This document shows, one piece after another, positions 8,810-18,903 of a stretch of 64,000 nucleotides of DNA. The stretch lies in NCBI GenBank assembly GCA_963666215.2, contig CAXWPL010000005.1:1056001-1120000 (forward strand). The letters run 5' to 3'. This DNA is from Acidobacteriota bacterium (GTDB taxonomy: Bacteria; Acidobacteriota; UBA890; WLXD01). Positions within the stretch are counted from its first letter, which is position 1; the number at the start of each line of letters is the position of its first letter. The position numbers and the translations under genes were made by a program. Under the pieces are notes generated by a model. It was not told the origin of the DNA. It did no database searches and saw nothing but the letters and a program-made list of their open reading frames with translations.

Positions 8810-10965
8810 CTACCCGCTCTGCAGCTCTCCGAGCAGCTGCAGCGCACCGAGCAGATCTGGCTTGACGTCGAGCACCGCTCGCATCGGGTCTTCCTTCATG
8901 CGCTGAAGCCGCCTGGGGACCGTCTTGATGGTGAATTTGTCGCGATCGAGCTTGGCGTTGACCTCGCGCCAACGCAGTGGCGTCGAGACCGGTGCGCCCG
9001 GGAAGGGCCGCACGCAGAGCGGCGACACGAGCAAACGTCCGGCGCCGTTCTGCACTGCATCGATGTAGACCTTGTTGTCGCGGCCTGTCAGCGAGCGGTT
9101 GATCGTTGAGATCTCTGGGCGGCGCCTCGTGACGATGAGAGCGAGCAGGTCGGCAAGCATCCGCGCGTGCTCGTAGCTCGCCTGTCCTCCGAGCGGCACG
9201 AGCACATGCATCCCTGTCTTGCCGCTCGTTTTGACGAACGAGTCGAGGCCAATCTGCCGGCACAGCTCGTGGATGGCTCGCGCCACCTTCACGACATCGG
9301 TGAACGGTGCCTCTTTCGGGTCGAGATCGAGAATGCTCCAGTCGGCGCGGTCGATCGTGGCAACCCGACTCGACCAGACGTGCAGCGGGATCGTCCCCGA
9401 ATTGGCCATGTAGACCAGCGCCTCCTCGTCCTCGACGACGAAGTACTCGATGTCGCGCTCGCCGCTCCTGGAGTGAATCGTCACCGTACGTACCCATTCC
9501 GGTGTGAAGTGCGGCGCGTGTTTCTGGAAGAACGAGTTGCCGTGGATGCCGTCCGGGTAGCGGTCGAGCACCAGGGGTCGGTCCTCGAGGTACGGCAGGA
9601 TCCAGCGCGCGGCAGCACGGTAGTAGGCAATCAGGTCGCCCTTGGTGTAGCCATGCTCTGGCCAGAAGATCTTCTCGGGCCGGGTAATCAGCGTCTCCGG
9701 GCGCGCCGCTGGCGCCGAGGACGACCTCGCCGCGACGCCGACCGCGGCGGGATCGCGGGACTCCGCCGCAACGCGGTCCCTGCTCCGATCTTCCGACGTG
9801 ATCGAGGTCCCGACCGCCCTCTCGGAGAACCTCGCAGACTGCCGCAGCGCACCTTGGCTCGAAGTGCACTCCGCCGCCGACTTGTCGGGACGCATTCGCG
9901 AAAAAACCGGGTGACGCACAAAGCCCTCGGCGGTGACCTCTTTGAGGCGCACCTCGCAGACGAGATCTGGCTCGGTCCATACCGACTCGCCCGTCTTCGG
10001 CACGTTCGCGTAGTGCTTCGAACGCCGCGCCGGAAGCTCGAGCGGCGGCACTCGTTGCCGATCGTCCGGCAGGCGTAGTGCATCGAGCTGGTTCTTGATC
10101 TCCACCAGCTCGCTCTCCTTGAAACCCGTACCCACGCGCCCGCAGTACACCAGCTCGCCCTCGTGCCACACGGCCAGAAGCAGCGCGCCGATATCGGCGC
10201 GCGAACCCTTCCCCAGGGCGTAGCCAACGATGACAAAATCGGCCGAACGGTCGACTCGCAGCTTGAGCCAATGATCCGAGCGGCCGGCTTTGTACTTTGA
10301 ATCGCCGCGCTTGGCGACCAGGCCTTCGAGGCCGAGGCGCTCGGCCTGCTGGTACATCTCCACGCCGCGCTCCTCGATGTGATCGGCGTAGCGCACCGGG
10401 CCAAGCGCCGGCAACAATCGACGCAGCCAGCGCTTACGCTCGGTCAGCGGCAGCGGCCGCAGGTCGAGGCCACCGAACTCGAGCACATCGAAAACGAAGT
10501 ATGTGGCCGGGTGCGTCGCCGCCGCCGCGGCAATATCGGGGCCGCGCGACAGCCGCGCGCGGCTCGCAAGCCTGCCGAAATCCGGGCGCCCATTTTCGCC
10601 GATGACGGTGATCTCGCCATCGAGGACCAGCGACTCGTAGGGCAGCGCGCGCAGCGCCGGAGCGATGTTCGGGTACACCTCGGTTGCGTCGCCACCGTTA
10701 CGATAACGCAGGTAGATGGCGCGCCGGTGACAGCCGGCAACCATTCGATAGCCGTCGTACTTGAGCTCGAACAGCCAACCTTTGCGTGAGAAGGCCTGGT
10801 CGGCCGGCTTTGTGAGCATCAACTCCAGGCTCGACGCGTTCACTCGACGTTGCCGCGCGCCGGCAGCGCGCATCTCGTCGATCAGTTCCTGCTCGGGGGT
10901 TTCTCCCGCGCCGAGCTCCTCGACGGCGAACCCAGAAAAGACCGAGCGCTCCGACACCGCCGCCA
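8810..10965 (-). pseudogene. ligD: NHEJ DNA ligase D (ligase + primase-polymerase domains), 5'-truncated
   Basis: ELKYDGYR adenylation motif, EGLVAK, GRVGTG, then Pol domain (RYPDG, FFQK, DLDP, KTSGKTGMHV). Begins with SVFSGFAVEEL, resembling the tail of the phosphoesterase domain. No native start; ATG 10873 could reinitiate. Confidence 0.85.
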
Positions 10966-11837
10966 AAATTGGAGTACTGCAGCGGGTAGTAGGGGTTGTC
11001 GACCCACTCCCAAGCATCACCCAGATCGGTGTTCCAGTTGATCAGCACCATCAAACGATCATCGGCATCGAAGATCGCCCGCACCCGCGGAATGAAGCCG
11101 TCCTGCTCGTAGGTCGGCCCGCCGTTGACGATCCGTATACTCGGCACTTGCTCGATTTTCTCGATGTCGTAGAAGCTGTGGAACAGCGGGTGTTCGAGCG
11201 GCAGATCGACGATCATAGCGCCGGGCAGCACACGGCTGATCTCGCGATCGAACGCCATCCACTCCCAGCTCCCCCAAAAGTCGTCGATAAAGAGAAAGCC
11301 TCCAACCTGCAGGTAGCGCCGCAGCGACTCGACCTCCGGCTCGGTCAGCGTCATGTTGCCGACCTCGAGCATGTACAAGAAGGGATAGCGCGACAGGTTC
11401 TGGTCGGTCAGGTAGATCGGGTTCTCCGACTCGTACGCGTCGAGGATGGTCATTCGGCGCAGGCCGAATACGAACTGACGATCGGCCTTTGGATAATCGA
11501 CTCGCCAGCTGCCGCCAGGGTAGGAATCGCGGGAGCCATCTCGGTAGCCGAAGCCGTACGAACCCCAGCGCGAGTCGCTGGTATAGATCCCACGGGTGAA
11601 GTAGAACTCGCGCGGACCGTCGAGGTACAGCGGGCGCGGGAAGGACCCAGGAGGAGCCGCGTCGAGCGCCGCCGCGCTGGCCGTCTGGGACACGCCGCCG
11701 CTTCGGGACAGCACAGCCTCCGGGGTCGAGCTTGCACTCCCCCCCGGAGTCGCCATCGGTTGCACGTACTCGGCGCGTACCAGTCCGATGGCTGCCATTC
11801 CGCCCAAAAGGAGGAACGGTACCGACCGCCCGGTCAA
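10966..11837 (-). pseudogene. DUF4159 domain protein, 3'-truncated
   Basis: DYPKAD, YPFLY, GGFLFIDDFWG and NTDLGDAWEW motifs. Similarity ends at YPLQYSNF; the frame then runs through ligD sequence out of frame to 10698. Confidence 0.8.
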
Positions 11838-12012
11838 TTAGTATGGGTTCCGGGTGCTCACGCCTCTACTTTTCTGCGGGGATCAAGCCTCGCGCAGCCC
11901 GATCGTCGTTAGCGAGAGGGCGCGAAGCATAACGATATCAGCGAACGTCTACCGGAGGCAGGACGGCGCTGCCGGTTCCATCGCGAGCTTCACGCCGGGC
12001 GAGCAGTTTTTT

Positions 12013-12041
12013 TTGACGCTCCGCCGGGCGCCAACTATCCT
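12013..12041 (+). promoter_or_regulatory. Sigma70-type promoter for the desaturase
   Basis: TTGACG-17 bp-TATCCT; the -35 sits at the end of a T8 tract (12007-12014). Confidence 0.6.
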
Positions 12042-12162
12042 TGCGCCAGCGTGGATCGCCACCCGAGGCGATGTGAGAAGGTGAGCAGGACCTGCTCGAT
12101 CCATCGTCCCGGTCGCCGATGACCAGGCTATCCCCATTCGCCTCCAAAGAACCGAGAACGAG

Positions 12163-13047
12163 ATGCCAGGACCCCACACGCCAGCGCCGAGCGACGTGAG
12201 CGCGGACGGAACCGTCGCGGTGATCAAGCCTGGATTCCACTGGCGCAATCTCCGCCCGACTCACTTCGCCGCGATCGGTGGCCTGCACGTCGCCTGTCTC
12301 GCCGCACCCTTCACTTTTACGTGGGGCGCGCTCGGCGTTGCCGTTCTGTTCTGGTGGCTCGCCGGAGGCATTGGCATCTGTCTATGCTTCCACCGGCTAC
12401 TGACACACCGCAGCTTCAAGACCCCCAAGGCTTTCGAGTACTTCCTCGTTGCCCTCGGCTGCCTGAACTGGCAGGGCGGCCCGATCACCTGGGTCGGCAC
12501 ACACCGTCTGCACCATAAGGAATCGGACACCGCCCTCGACCCACACTCACCGAATCACGGCTTTGACTGGTCGCACATGCTCTGGTGCCTGGTCGAGGAC
12601 CCGCTCGGTCGCGACATGAAGCGCTACGCTCCCGACCTGCAGCGCGATCCCGGCATCGTGCTGCTCGAGCGCTTCTTTTGGGTCCCCCAGGTTGTTCTGG
12701 CGTTCGCGCTGTACGCCATCGGCGGCTGGCCCTGGGTCGTCTGGGGCATCGCGGTACGCACCGTGTTCACCTACCACGCGACCTGGTTCGTCAACTCGGC
12801 GAGCCACATCTGGGGCTATCGCACCTACGACACCCGCGAGCTCTCCAAGAACAACTGGTGGGTAGCCATCCTGTCGTTCGGCGAAGGCTGGCACAACAAC
12901 CACCACGCCTTCCCGCGCTCCGCGGCCCACGGCCTGAAGTGGCTCGAGATCGACCTCACCTACATCGCCATCAAGATGCTCTCGTGGGTGGGGCTCGCAC
13001 GCGACATCATCGTGCCGGATCTGCAGAAGGATCACGTCGAGGCGTAG
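12163..13047 (+). CDS. Delta-9-type fatty acid desaturase
   Basis: Histidine boxes HRLLTH, HRLHH and GEGWHNNHH. Confidence 0.93.
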   Translation: MPGPHTPAPSDVSADGTVAVIKPGFHWRNLRPTHFAAIGGLHVACLAAPFTFTWGALGVAVLFWWLAGGIGICLCFHRLLTHRSFKTPKAFEYFLVALGCLNWQGGPITWVGTHRLHHKESDTALDPHSPNHGFDWSHMLWCLVEDPLGRDMKRYAPDLQRDPGIVLLERFFWVPQVVLAFALYAIGGWPWVVWGIAVRTVFTYHATWFVNSASHIWGYRTYDTRELSKNNWWVAILSFGEGWHNNHHAFPRSAAHGLKWLEIDLTYIAIKMLSWVGLARDIIVPDLQKDHVEA

Positions 13048-13100
13048 CGAGATCAGCTGATCCCTTCGCCCCGACTTCGCCTCGAGCCTCGGACGTCTCC

Positions 13101-14228
13101 TTGCCCACGCGTCGACACCTTCTTCGAGCCGGCGCGACAGTTGCCACCGCTTCGGCACTGGACTGGGATGGGCTGGCGCTAGCGGCGCAAAATGCTACTC
13201 GGCGACGACGCTTTCCGCCTCTGCCGCGCGTCAACGGAGCGATCAACATCCAACCGTTACGCCGGCTCGACGGCGTGTCCGATTTCACACCGCCAATCAT
13301 CGTGCCGGAGCTCGTCGACCTGCAGATGCAGCAGATCTACGAGCTCGGGTTCGAACGCGTGCGAATTACGTTGTCGTTCGGCAACTTCGGGCCGGATCTG
13401 CTTGCGGCAGTGCCGTACGTACGAGCCTGTCGGGCGTTGGGAATCGATGTGCTCGGCTTGCTCAGCGACTTCGGGTTCAGCCTGGCGTTAGCCCAGGCGC
13501 TGAACGACCCTCTGAGACGCGACACGGTTATCGACGCCTACGTCGCGGTGTTCACGGCCCCAGTGGAACCGGCAACACCTCAGGTGGAACGGGCCGGTGA
13601 GACCGCGCTGCAGGTGTTCAACGAGCCCACCAACTTCCTCGGCATCGCGCCGGAGCAGTATGTGCGGTTTCTGCTCGCACCGACCTTCGCGGCACTGAAG
13701 GAACGGGCGCCCGGGATCGTCGTGGTCTCGGCTGCGACGGTGGGACGTCTGGACGGTGTGCTACGCGCGCGGCGTATGTTCGAGGCCGGTCTGGAGGACT
13801 TCTGCGACGTCGTGGCCCATCACGTGTACGACCTGCGTCAGCTCGAGCAGCTCGGTGGCATGGCGCGCAAGCCGATCTGGGTCACGGAGTCCGGTGTCCG
13901 CGGCCCGGGGGCTCACCTCGCGTGGGTAACCGAACGGTTTCCCGAGATCAGCGAACGTCTCGGAGACGTGCAACACATCTACTACTTCGACCTGTTCGAC
14001 CCGGAGCCCGGCGCCTTCCGGTTGATCGATGTGTACGAAAACGAGCCCGGAAGCTTCGCGACACGGGTTGAATCGACCAGTTTGGTCAACCACTTCAGCA
14101 GGCGCGTCGCCGCGGCTGCCGGAGGGGCGCGCCATGCCACATATCGCGAGCTCATTCCCGACATTCGCGAGTACTTCCCAACTGCAGAGGACCTGGCGAT
14201 TTTCGGCGTCGACGGCATCGAGCTATGA
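13101..14228 (+). CDS. Tat-exported TIM-barrel glycoside hydrolase-like protein (clan GH-A)
   Basis: Twin-arginine signal TRRHLL after TTG 13101; FNEP acid/base and PIWVTESG nucleophile-like motifs. Confidence 0.65.
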   Translation: MPTRRHLLRAGATVATASALDWDGLALAAQNATRRRRFPPLPRVNGAINIQPLRRLDGVSDFTPPIIVPELVDLQMQQIYELGFERVRITLSFGNFGPDLLAAVPYVRACRALGIDVLGLLSDFGFSLALAQALNDPLRRDTVIDAYVAVFTAPVEPATPQVERAGETALQVFNEPTNFLGIAPEQYVRFLLAPTFAALKERAPGIVVVSAATVGRLDGVLRARRMFEAGLEDFCDVVAHHVYDLRQLEQLGGMARKPIWVTESGVRGPGAHLAWVTERFPEISERLGDVQHIYYFDLFDPEPGAFRLIDVYENEPGSFATRVESTSLVNHFSRRVAAAAGGARHATYRELIPDIREYFPTAEDLAIFGVDGIEL

Positions 14229-15778
14229 GGCGGCTTCGCGGCGCCGGCGGCGGCTCCACGGCGGTGGCACGCGCGGGCTTGGGGCTCGCGCTGGTTGCCT
14301 GGGGGCTGGCACCGACGCCGGCCCGAGCTCAGGCAAAGCCATCGAAGGTCGCCAACCAGCCCGAGGCCATCGAAGAGGTCGATGGTACGGCCAACAGCTC
14401 GGCGCCGCAGGAAACGGACGCCGAGACGAGTCCCGAGTCGCCGGCATATCCGTTCGGGCCACTTCGTCTGCCCTGTTCGCTCGCGCCTTGCGGCAAGTTT
14501 CGGTTGGTCGATCTCGCTCTGTTGCCAACGATCGAGGATGGCTTCGAGCCGAGCACATCGGCCCGTGTGCGTATCGGCAACACGGCGATCGTTGGCGCGC
14601 GCGCCGGCCAGGCTGGCAATGGATTCGAGCTGCGGACGTCTCGCCTCGACTTCTCCTACCTGGAGCGCGACGGTCGCCATCGGCTCGATACCGTCTATCG
14701 AGGATCGCGCGTGAGGCTGGATACGAGCGCCGTTCGGCGACCGACGGCCCTCGAAGGTGGCTGGGTTCTTGATGGCGCCGCGGCGCTTCGGCTTGGGCCC
14801 GACTTCGAGGTCATCGTCGGTGGCCTCTACGACCTCGACGGCGACAGCTCACCGCTGCTCGCAACGCGACCGACGCGCGTGCGACGGGTGCGAGTTCTCT
14901 GGCAGCGCCGCAACAACCTGCAGCTGTCGGCCGCGGCAGTGGCATCGCAGTTCCTCACCACCGGCGGAGAGCAACTCGACAGCAGCGCCTACAGCGGCGC
15001 GGTGACCTTCCAAGCACGAAGGCTTCAGCTGCGAGCCGAAGTCGGACACGAGCACATCAACGGACGCTTCGGTCGCCGAGAGTGGCTCGCGGTGCTGGGC
15101 GGCAATTTTCTGGTTGGCTCTCGCCTCCTATTGGAAGGAGAAACCCTCAACCGCTGGGAGATCGGCCTCAAGAAGACCGAGCGCGACTACCGCGTCAGCG
15201 CCACGCTGTTCGGGCGCGACTATCGCTTTGCGCGCACGAGCCCGACCGCGCGGCGAACGCGCAGCATCACCGACCGTGCCTGGGAGCTCGGCTACAACGA
15301 GCGTAGACCGTTCACGCTCGACGGGCGGCGAGCACTGCGCGAACGGCTGTCTCTGTCGGCTCATCGCGACGAGCTCGGAGCGGACGTCGAGTCCATGTAC
15401 AGGTCCACGATCGCGGAGCGCAACGTGCCCCTGGTTCGAGCAGAGTTCGCTCGAGAAACAGAGCCCATCGACGGCTCCATTGTGCGAACGTATGGCGCCA
15501 CGATCGGAATCCCCTGGCGTGGAGGATTCGCGACCCCTTGGAGCCACGACGAGCGTTTCGTCGACTTCGTGCGGCTGTCGTTCGAGCGCGTCGAAGCCGA
15601 CTTCACGCCGAACTTGAAGCGCTCGGCGCGCAGCCTCGGCGTAACGCTCGATCTCGATCGCGAAACACAGATCGTGGCGCGCTGGACCGAGCCGCTCCTC
15701 GATCCTTTGATCGTTGTGCTCAGCACGCGGACCCATCAGCGATTCGAGCTCGGACTGCGCTACAGCTTCTGGCGCTAG
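14225..15778 (+). CDS. Exported hypothetical protein, probable outer-membrane beta-barrel
   Basis: Signal peptide ending ARA-Q, alternating amphipathic strands, C-terminal LGLRYSFWR; ATGA overlap with the upstream gene. Confidence 0.55.
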   Translation: MRRLRGAGGGSTAVARAGLGLALVAWGLAPTPARAQAKPSKVANQPEAIEEVDGTANSSAPQETDAETSPESPAYPFGPLRLPCSLAPCGKFRLVDLALLPTIEDGFEPSTSARVRIGNTAIVGARAGQAGNGFELRTSRLDFSYLERDGRHRLDTVYRGSRVRLDTSAVRRPTALEGGWVLDGAAALRLGPDFEVIVGGLYDLDGDSSPLLATRPTRVRRVRVLWQRRNNLQLSAAAVASQFLTTGGEQLDSSAYSGAVTFQARRLQLRAEVGHEHINGRFGRREWLAVLGGNFLVGSRLLLEGETLNRWEIGLKKTERDYRVSATLFGRDYRFARTSPTARRTRSITDRAWELGYNERRPFTLDGRRALRERLSLSAHRDELGADVESMYRSTIAERNVPLVRAEFARETEPIDGSIVRTYGATIGIPWRGGFATPWSHDERFVDFVRLSFERVEADFTPNLKRSARSLGVTLDLDRETQIVARWTEPLLDPLIVVLSTRTHQRFELGLRYSFWR

Positions 15779-15810
15779 CTCCGACCCTGTGCGCGAGCTC
15801 CCGCGGCCAC

Positions 15811-16497
15811 CTACCTGTCGCCAGAGGTGGCCGTGTTGCCGAGCAGCTGAGCCACGCCCGACGCGATGAATTCCGCTGAGTCGTCGTGGCGAAACGTGTA
15901 GCGCACAGTCCCGGCGCCGTCGATCAGATAGACGTACGTCGAATGCGCCAAGAGCGGGCGCTCGTCGGTCGATTCGGGGGTCGGCTGCACCATCGCGGCG
16001 TACTGACGCACAACCTCGTCGATCTGCTCTTGGCTACCGGTGAGGCCAATCGCGTCGAGCGCGAAGTAGCCCAGGTAGTCGGTGAGCCTCTCGGGCGTAT
16101 CGCGCTCCGGATCAATCGACACGAACAGCGTTGTGAAGGCGGGGGACGAGTATCCCTGCCCCGCGAGGCGCTCCTGCACGCGGGTCAACAACGAAAGCGT
16201 TACCGGGCAGAAGTCTGGACAGGAGGCATAGCCGAAGAACAGCAGGTGCGTACGATCGCGGCGACCCGAAAGCCGGAAGGAGGCTCCCGCCTGATCCATG
16301 AGCTCGAAGTCGCCGCCGAAGTCGAAAGTCTGCAATTCAGGCGGTGCCGCGGCGGGCCCCGGGCCTGGACTGCCGGAGCCGCGCGGTGTGGACGGCGAGG
16401 GCGGCGCCGCTGGCACGTCCCCGCCGCCGCAAGCGCTCGCCGCGACCGCGAAGACAAGCGCAACGCCAGCCATAGCGCGCGGAATTCCGCTTTCCAT
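15811..16497 (-). CDS. SCO family copper chaperone lipoprotein
   Basis: FFGYASCPDFC (CxxxC), SIDPERD, conserved His in AHSTYVYLID; AGGAGG RBS; lipobox-like ASAC. Confidence 0.92.
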   Translation of the reverse strand: MESGIPRAMAGVALVFAVAASACGGGDVPAAPPSPSTPRGSGSPGPGPAAAPPELQTFDFGGDFELMDQAGASFRLSGRRDRTHLLFFGYASCPDFCPVTLSLLTRVQERLAGQGYSSPAFTTLFVSIDPERDTPERLTDYLGYFALDAIGLTGSQEQIDEVVRQYAAMVQPTPESTDERPLLAHSTYVYLIDGAGTVRYTFRHDDSAEFIASGVAQLLGNTATSGDR

Positions 16498-16532
16498 CGG
16501 CGTTCCCCTCCTGTTCGCGACACGCAGCCGCA

Positions 16533-17276
16533 TCATTCACGCCTCTCCACGGGCGCCACAATCCGTTCGATCGATCCATCGTCGAACTGCAGCGTCAGGG
16601 CGACATTGTCACCCGCCACGAGCCGGTGTCGTACCCCGACGAGCATCAGGTGCAGCCCGCCGCTCTCGAAGCGCACCGTCTCGCCGCTCGCGATCGGCAG
16701 GCGACCTACCGGCTGCATGCGCACAACCGCCCCGGCCTCGACCGCGCGGTGTACCCGCACCGACTCGGCGGCGTCGCTGTGGGCACCGACAAGCCACACC
16801 GTCTCGCTCCCCCGATTGATCAACACGAGCCACAGCACCGCGCTGTCGACCGTTGGCGGCATCTCCGATACCCACGCGCCGACCGCATCGATTGCGGCGG
16901 CTGACCGCCACTGCTTGGAAACCACGTACGTGGCCAGGAGATGCAGCTCGGTCTCGGACAGATGCCCGTAAACGGGCATGCCGCCCTCGGGCGACTCGAT
17001 CCCAGAGCCGATCGTGGCAGCGATCTGCTCGACACTCGACCCGGCCTTGTAGGAATCCGGATCACGATAGTCGCGTGGCGGCGGGTCCAGCAGCGCCGCG
17101 TTGGGCCCATCGCCAGCGCCCTCGTTGCCGTGACACAGGGCGCAGCCGATGTCGGCATAGAGCTGCCGACCAGCCGCGACCGCGGCCGCGTTGTCCTCCG
17201 CGAGATCGGGCCTGCCGGGAGCCTGCGACCCACAGCCCATGAGGAGACCGAGAACGGAATACGCGGCCAGAAGCAT
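16533..17276 (-). CDS. Cytochrome c - PCu(A)C copper chaperone fusion lipoprotein
   Basis: Lipobox LMGC; CALCH heme motif with distal GGMP; C-terminal H-x10-M-x21-H-x-M motif. Confidence 0.85.
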   Translation of the reverse strand: MLLAAYSVLGLLMGCGSQAPGRPDLAEDNAAAVAAGRQLYADIGCALCHGNEGAGDGPNAALLDPPPRDYRDPDSYKAGSSVEQIAATIGSGIESPEGGMPVYGHLSETELHLLATYVVSKQWRSAAAIDAVGAWVSEMPPTVDSAVLWLVLINRGSETVWLVGAHSDAAESVRVHRAVEAGAVVRMQPVGRLPIASGETVRFESGGLHLMLVGVRHRLVAGDNVALTLQFDDGSIERIVAPVERRE

Positions 17277-17324
17277 GGATCCTCGTGGCGATCTTCGCAC
17301 CGAAGGATGAGGCCCGACCAGATC

Positions 17325-17430
17325 CCCTGAAAAGTCATTCAAATACATTAATAGATACTGTTAGTCGTTTACGGACGCTCTTGATCGTCAAAATATAACA
17401 AAAATCCCTGAATCCCCTTTCATAACGCTG
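17325..17430. promoter_or_regulatory. AT-rich divergent promoter region
   Basis: Strongly AT-rich stretch between divergent genes; TTGACG on the minus strand and TATAAC on the plus strand. Confidence 0.45.
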
Positions 17431-17498
17431 CCCCATCGCGGTACATGTGTGGTCAGCGGAATATGGGAGACCCCAGCTGACGCTAAGGACAAAGTCGG

Positions 17499-18269
17499 AT
17501 GCGGCATGGATCGGCTGCCTGGGGGCGATCACTGGCAGCGGGCTTCGTGGGTCTGAGCGGCCTGGCCACAGGCTCGCTCGAACTCGGAGAGCTTACAGGT
17601 GATGGCTTCCTCGTTGGCCTGGGGGTTCTGAGCGCCGGAGCGGTGCTGGCGATCGCGGCTGCGCTCTCGGGACGACAGAGCGGCACGGCCGCTCGAGTCG
17701 TCGGCTACCTCCTGGCTCTGCCTCTCGCCATCGGCTTCTGGTACCTCGGCGGGCTGGTGGCACAGCTGGCCGAGGCGCTCGCGATGCTCGCGCTGCTGAA
17801 CTACCTGAGATCGTGTGTGAACGACATCTGGGGGCCCGTGCAGCGCTGGATCACGGTCGCCCAAGTCGGCGCTCTGCTGTTGCTGGCAATGGCGGGTCTC
17901 GCTCTCACCGGCCCTGCGGGCACCTCACAAACAGTTGGGTTGTTCCTCGCCTGGCTGGTGTTGGCGGTGGGGTTGGGCCGTCTGGGTCATACCTCCCTGG
18001 ACGACCGTGCCCGCCACCGGGGGTTGCTGTTCTGGGCAACCGCAGCTGCGATAGCCGTATGCCACTTGCCGTTACTGATGCTCGCCGCACCCATTCCCGG
18101 AGTATCCCAAGCGATGGCTCCGTACGCGGCGCTCATCGATATCGGCGCCACCGGCGGCGCGATCGTGCTGGGCCTGTGCTGGCTGACCTTCGGGCTGATC
18201 GAGCCGCAGTTCCATCATTTGCGAAATCCGCAGCATCAACACCAGCGCGCTCGCCGCGCGCGGGCCTAG
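17499..18269 (+). CDS. Hypothetical polytopic membrane protein
   Basis: About 8 hydrophobic segments; AAGGA upstream; no recognised motif. Confidence 0.6.
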   Translation: MRHGSAAWGRSLAAGFVGLSGLATGSLELGELTGDGFLVGLGVLSAGAVLAIAAALSGRQSGTAARVVGYLLALPLAIGFWYLGGLVAQLAEALAMLALLNYLRSCVNDIWGPVQRWITVAQVGALLLLAMAGLALTGPAGTSQTVGLFLAWLVLAVGLGRLGHTSLDDRARHRGLLFWATAAAIAVCHLPLLMLAAPIPGVSQAMAPYAALIDIGATGGAIVLGLCWLTFGLIEPQFHHLRNPQHQHQRARRARA

Positions 18270-18393
18270 CTGACAGCTGGCGGCAACGCGCCTCGATCAG
18301 GTGCGACACGCGGGACGGCCAGGCAGCCGGCCTCGATGGGCGGTAGAATGACGTTTCGCCGCCTCATTCCTCCGCACCCGGCGTAGTCCATCG

Positions 18394-18792
18394 ATGCAAG
18401 GCACGACAACGGGCCCGTTTCGGCCGTCTCCGTTCGTCTACGACCGTCGACTCGGCAAGGTCCGCCTCTTCGTCAAGGAGCATCTCGAGGGCGATATCTC
18501 TCTCGAGACCGCCGCCGACGTCGCCGGGCTCGAACGCCACTACTTCTCGCGCCATTTCTATCGTGCCGTTGGGGTGCACTTCCGCGAATGGCTCCACGGT
18601 GTGCGGGTTCGCAGCGCGGCGAAGATCCTGAGCAAACACGATGAAAGCGTGCTCGACGTCGCATACAGCGTGGGCTACCGCGACATTCGAACGTTCCAGC
18701 GCGCCTTCAAAGGATACTTCGGTGTGACCCCGCGCGAGTACAAGCTCGGAAAGCGGCCGCTACCGCCGGGCGGGCAGTTGAGGTTCGACTGA
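18394..18792 (+). CDS. Stand-alone AraC-type HTH regulator (DNA-binding domain only)
   Basis: ISLETAADVAGLERHYFSRHF and VAYSVGY..TFQRAFK..GVTPREY double HTH; 132 aa. Confidence 0.88.
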   Translation: MQGTTTGPFRPSPFVYDRRLGKVRLFVKEHLEGDISLETAADVAGLERHYFSRHFYRAVGVHFREWLHGVRVRSAAKILSKHDESVLDVAYSVGYRDIRTFQRAFKGYFGVTPREYKLGKRPLPPGGQLRFD

Positions 18793-18903
18793 TGCCCGCG
18801 TAGCCCGTCAGCACCGGCCTGAAGGGCCAGAAGACAACCGTTGCCGCATTCTCGACAACGCTTGCCGCGAAACGCCGCGCGCAGAGCATTACTCTTGTCC
18901 TTG

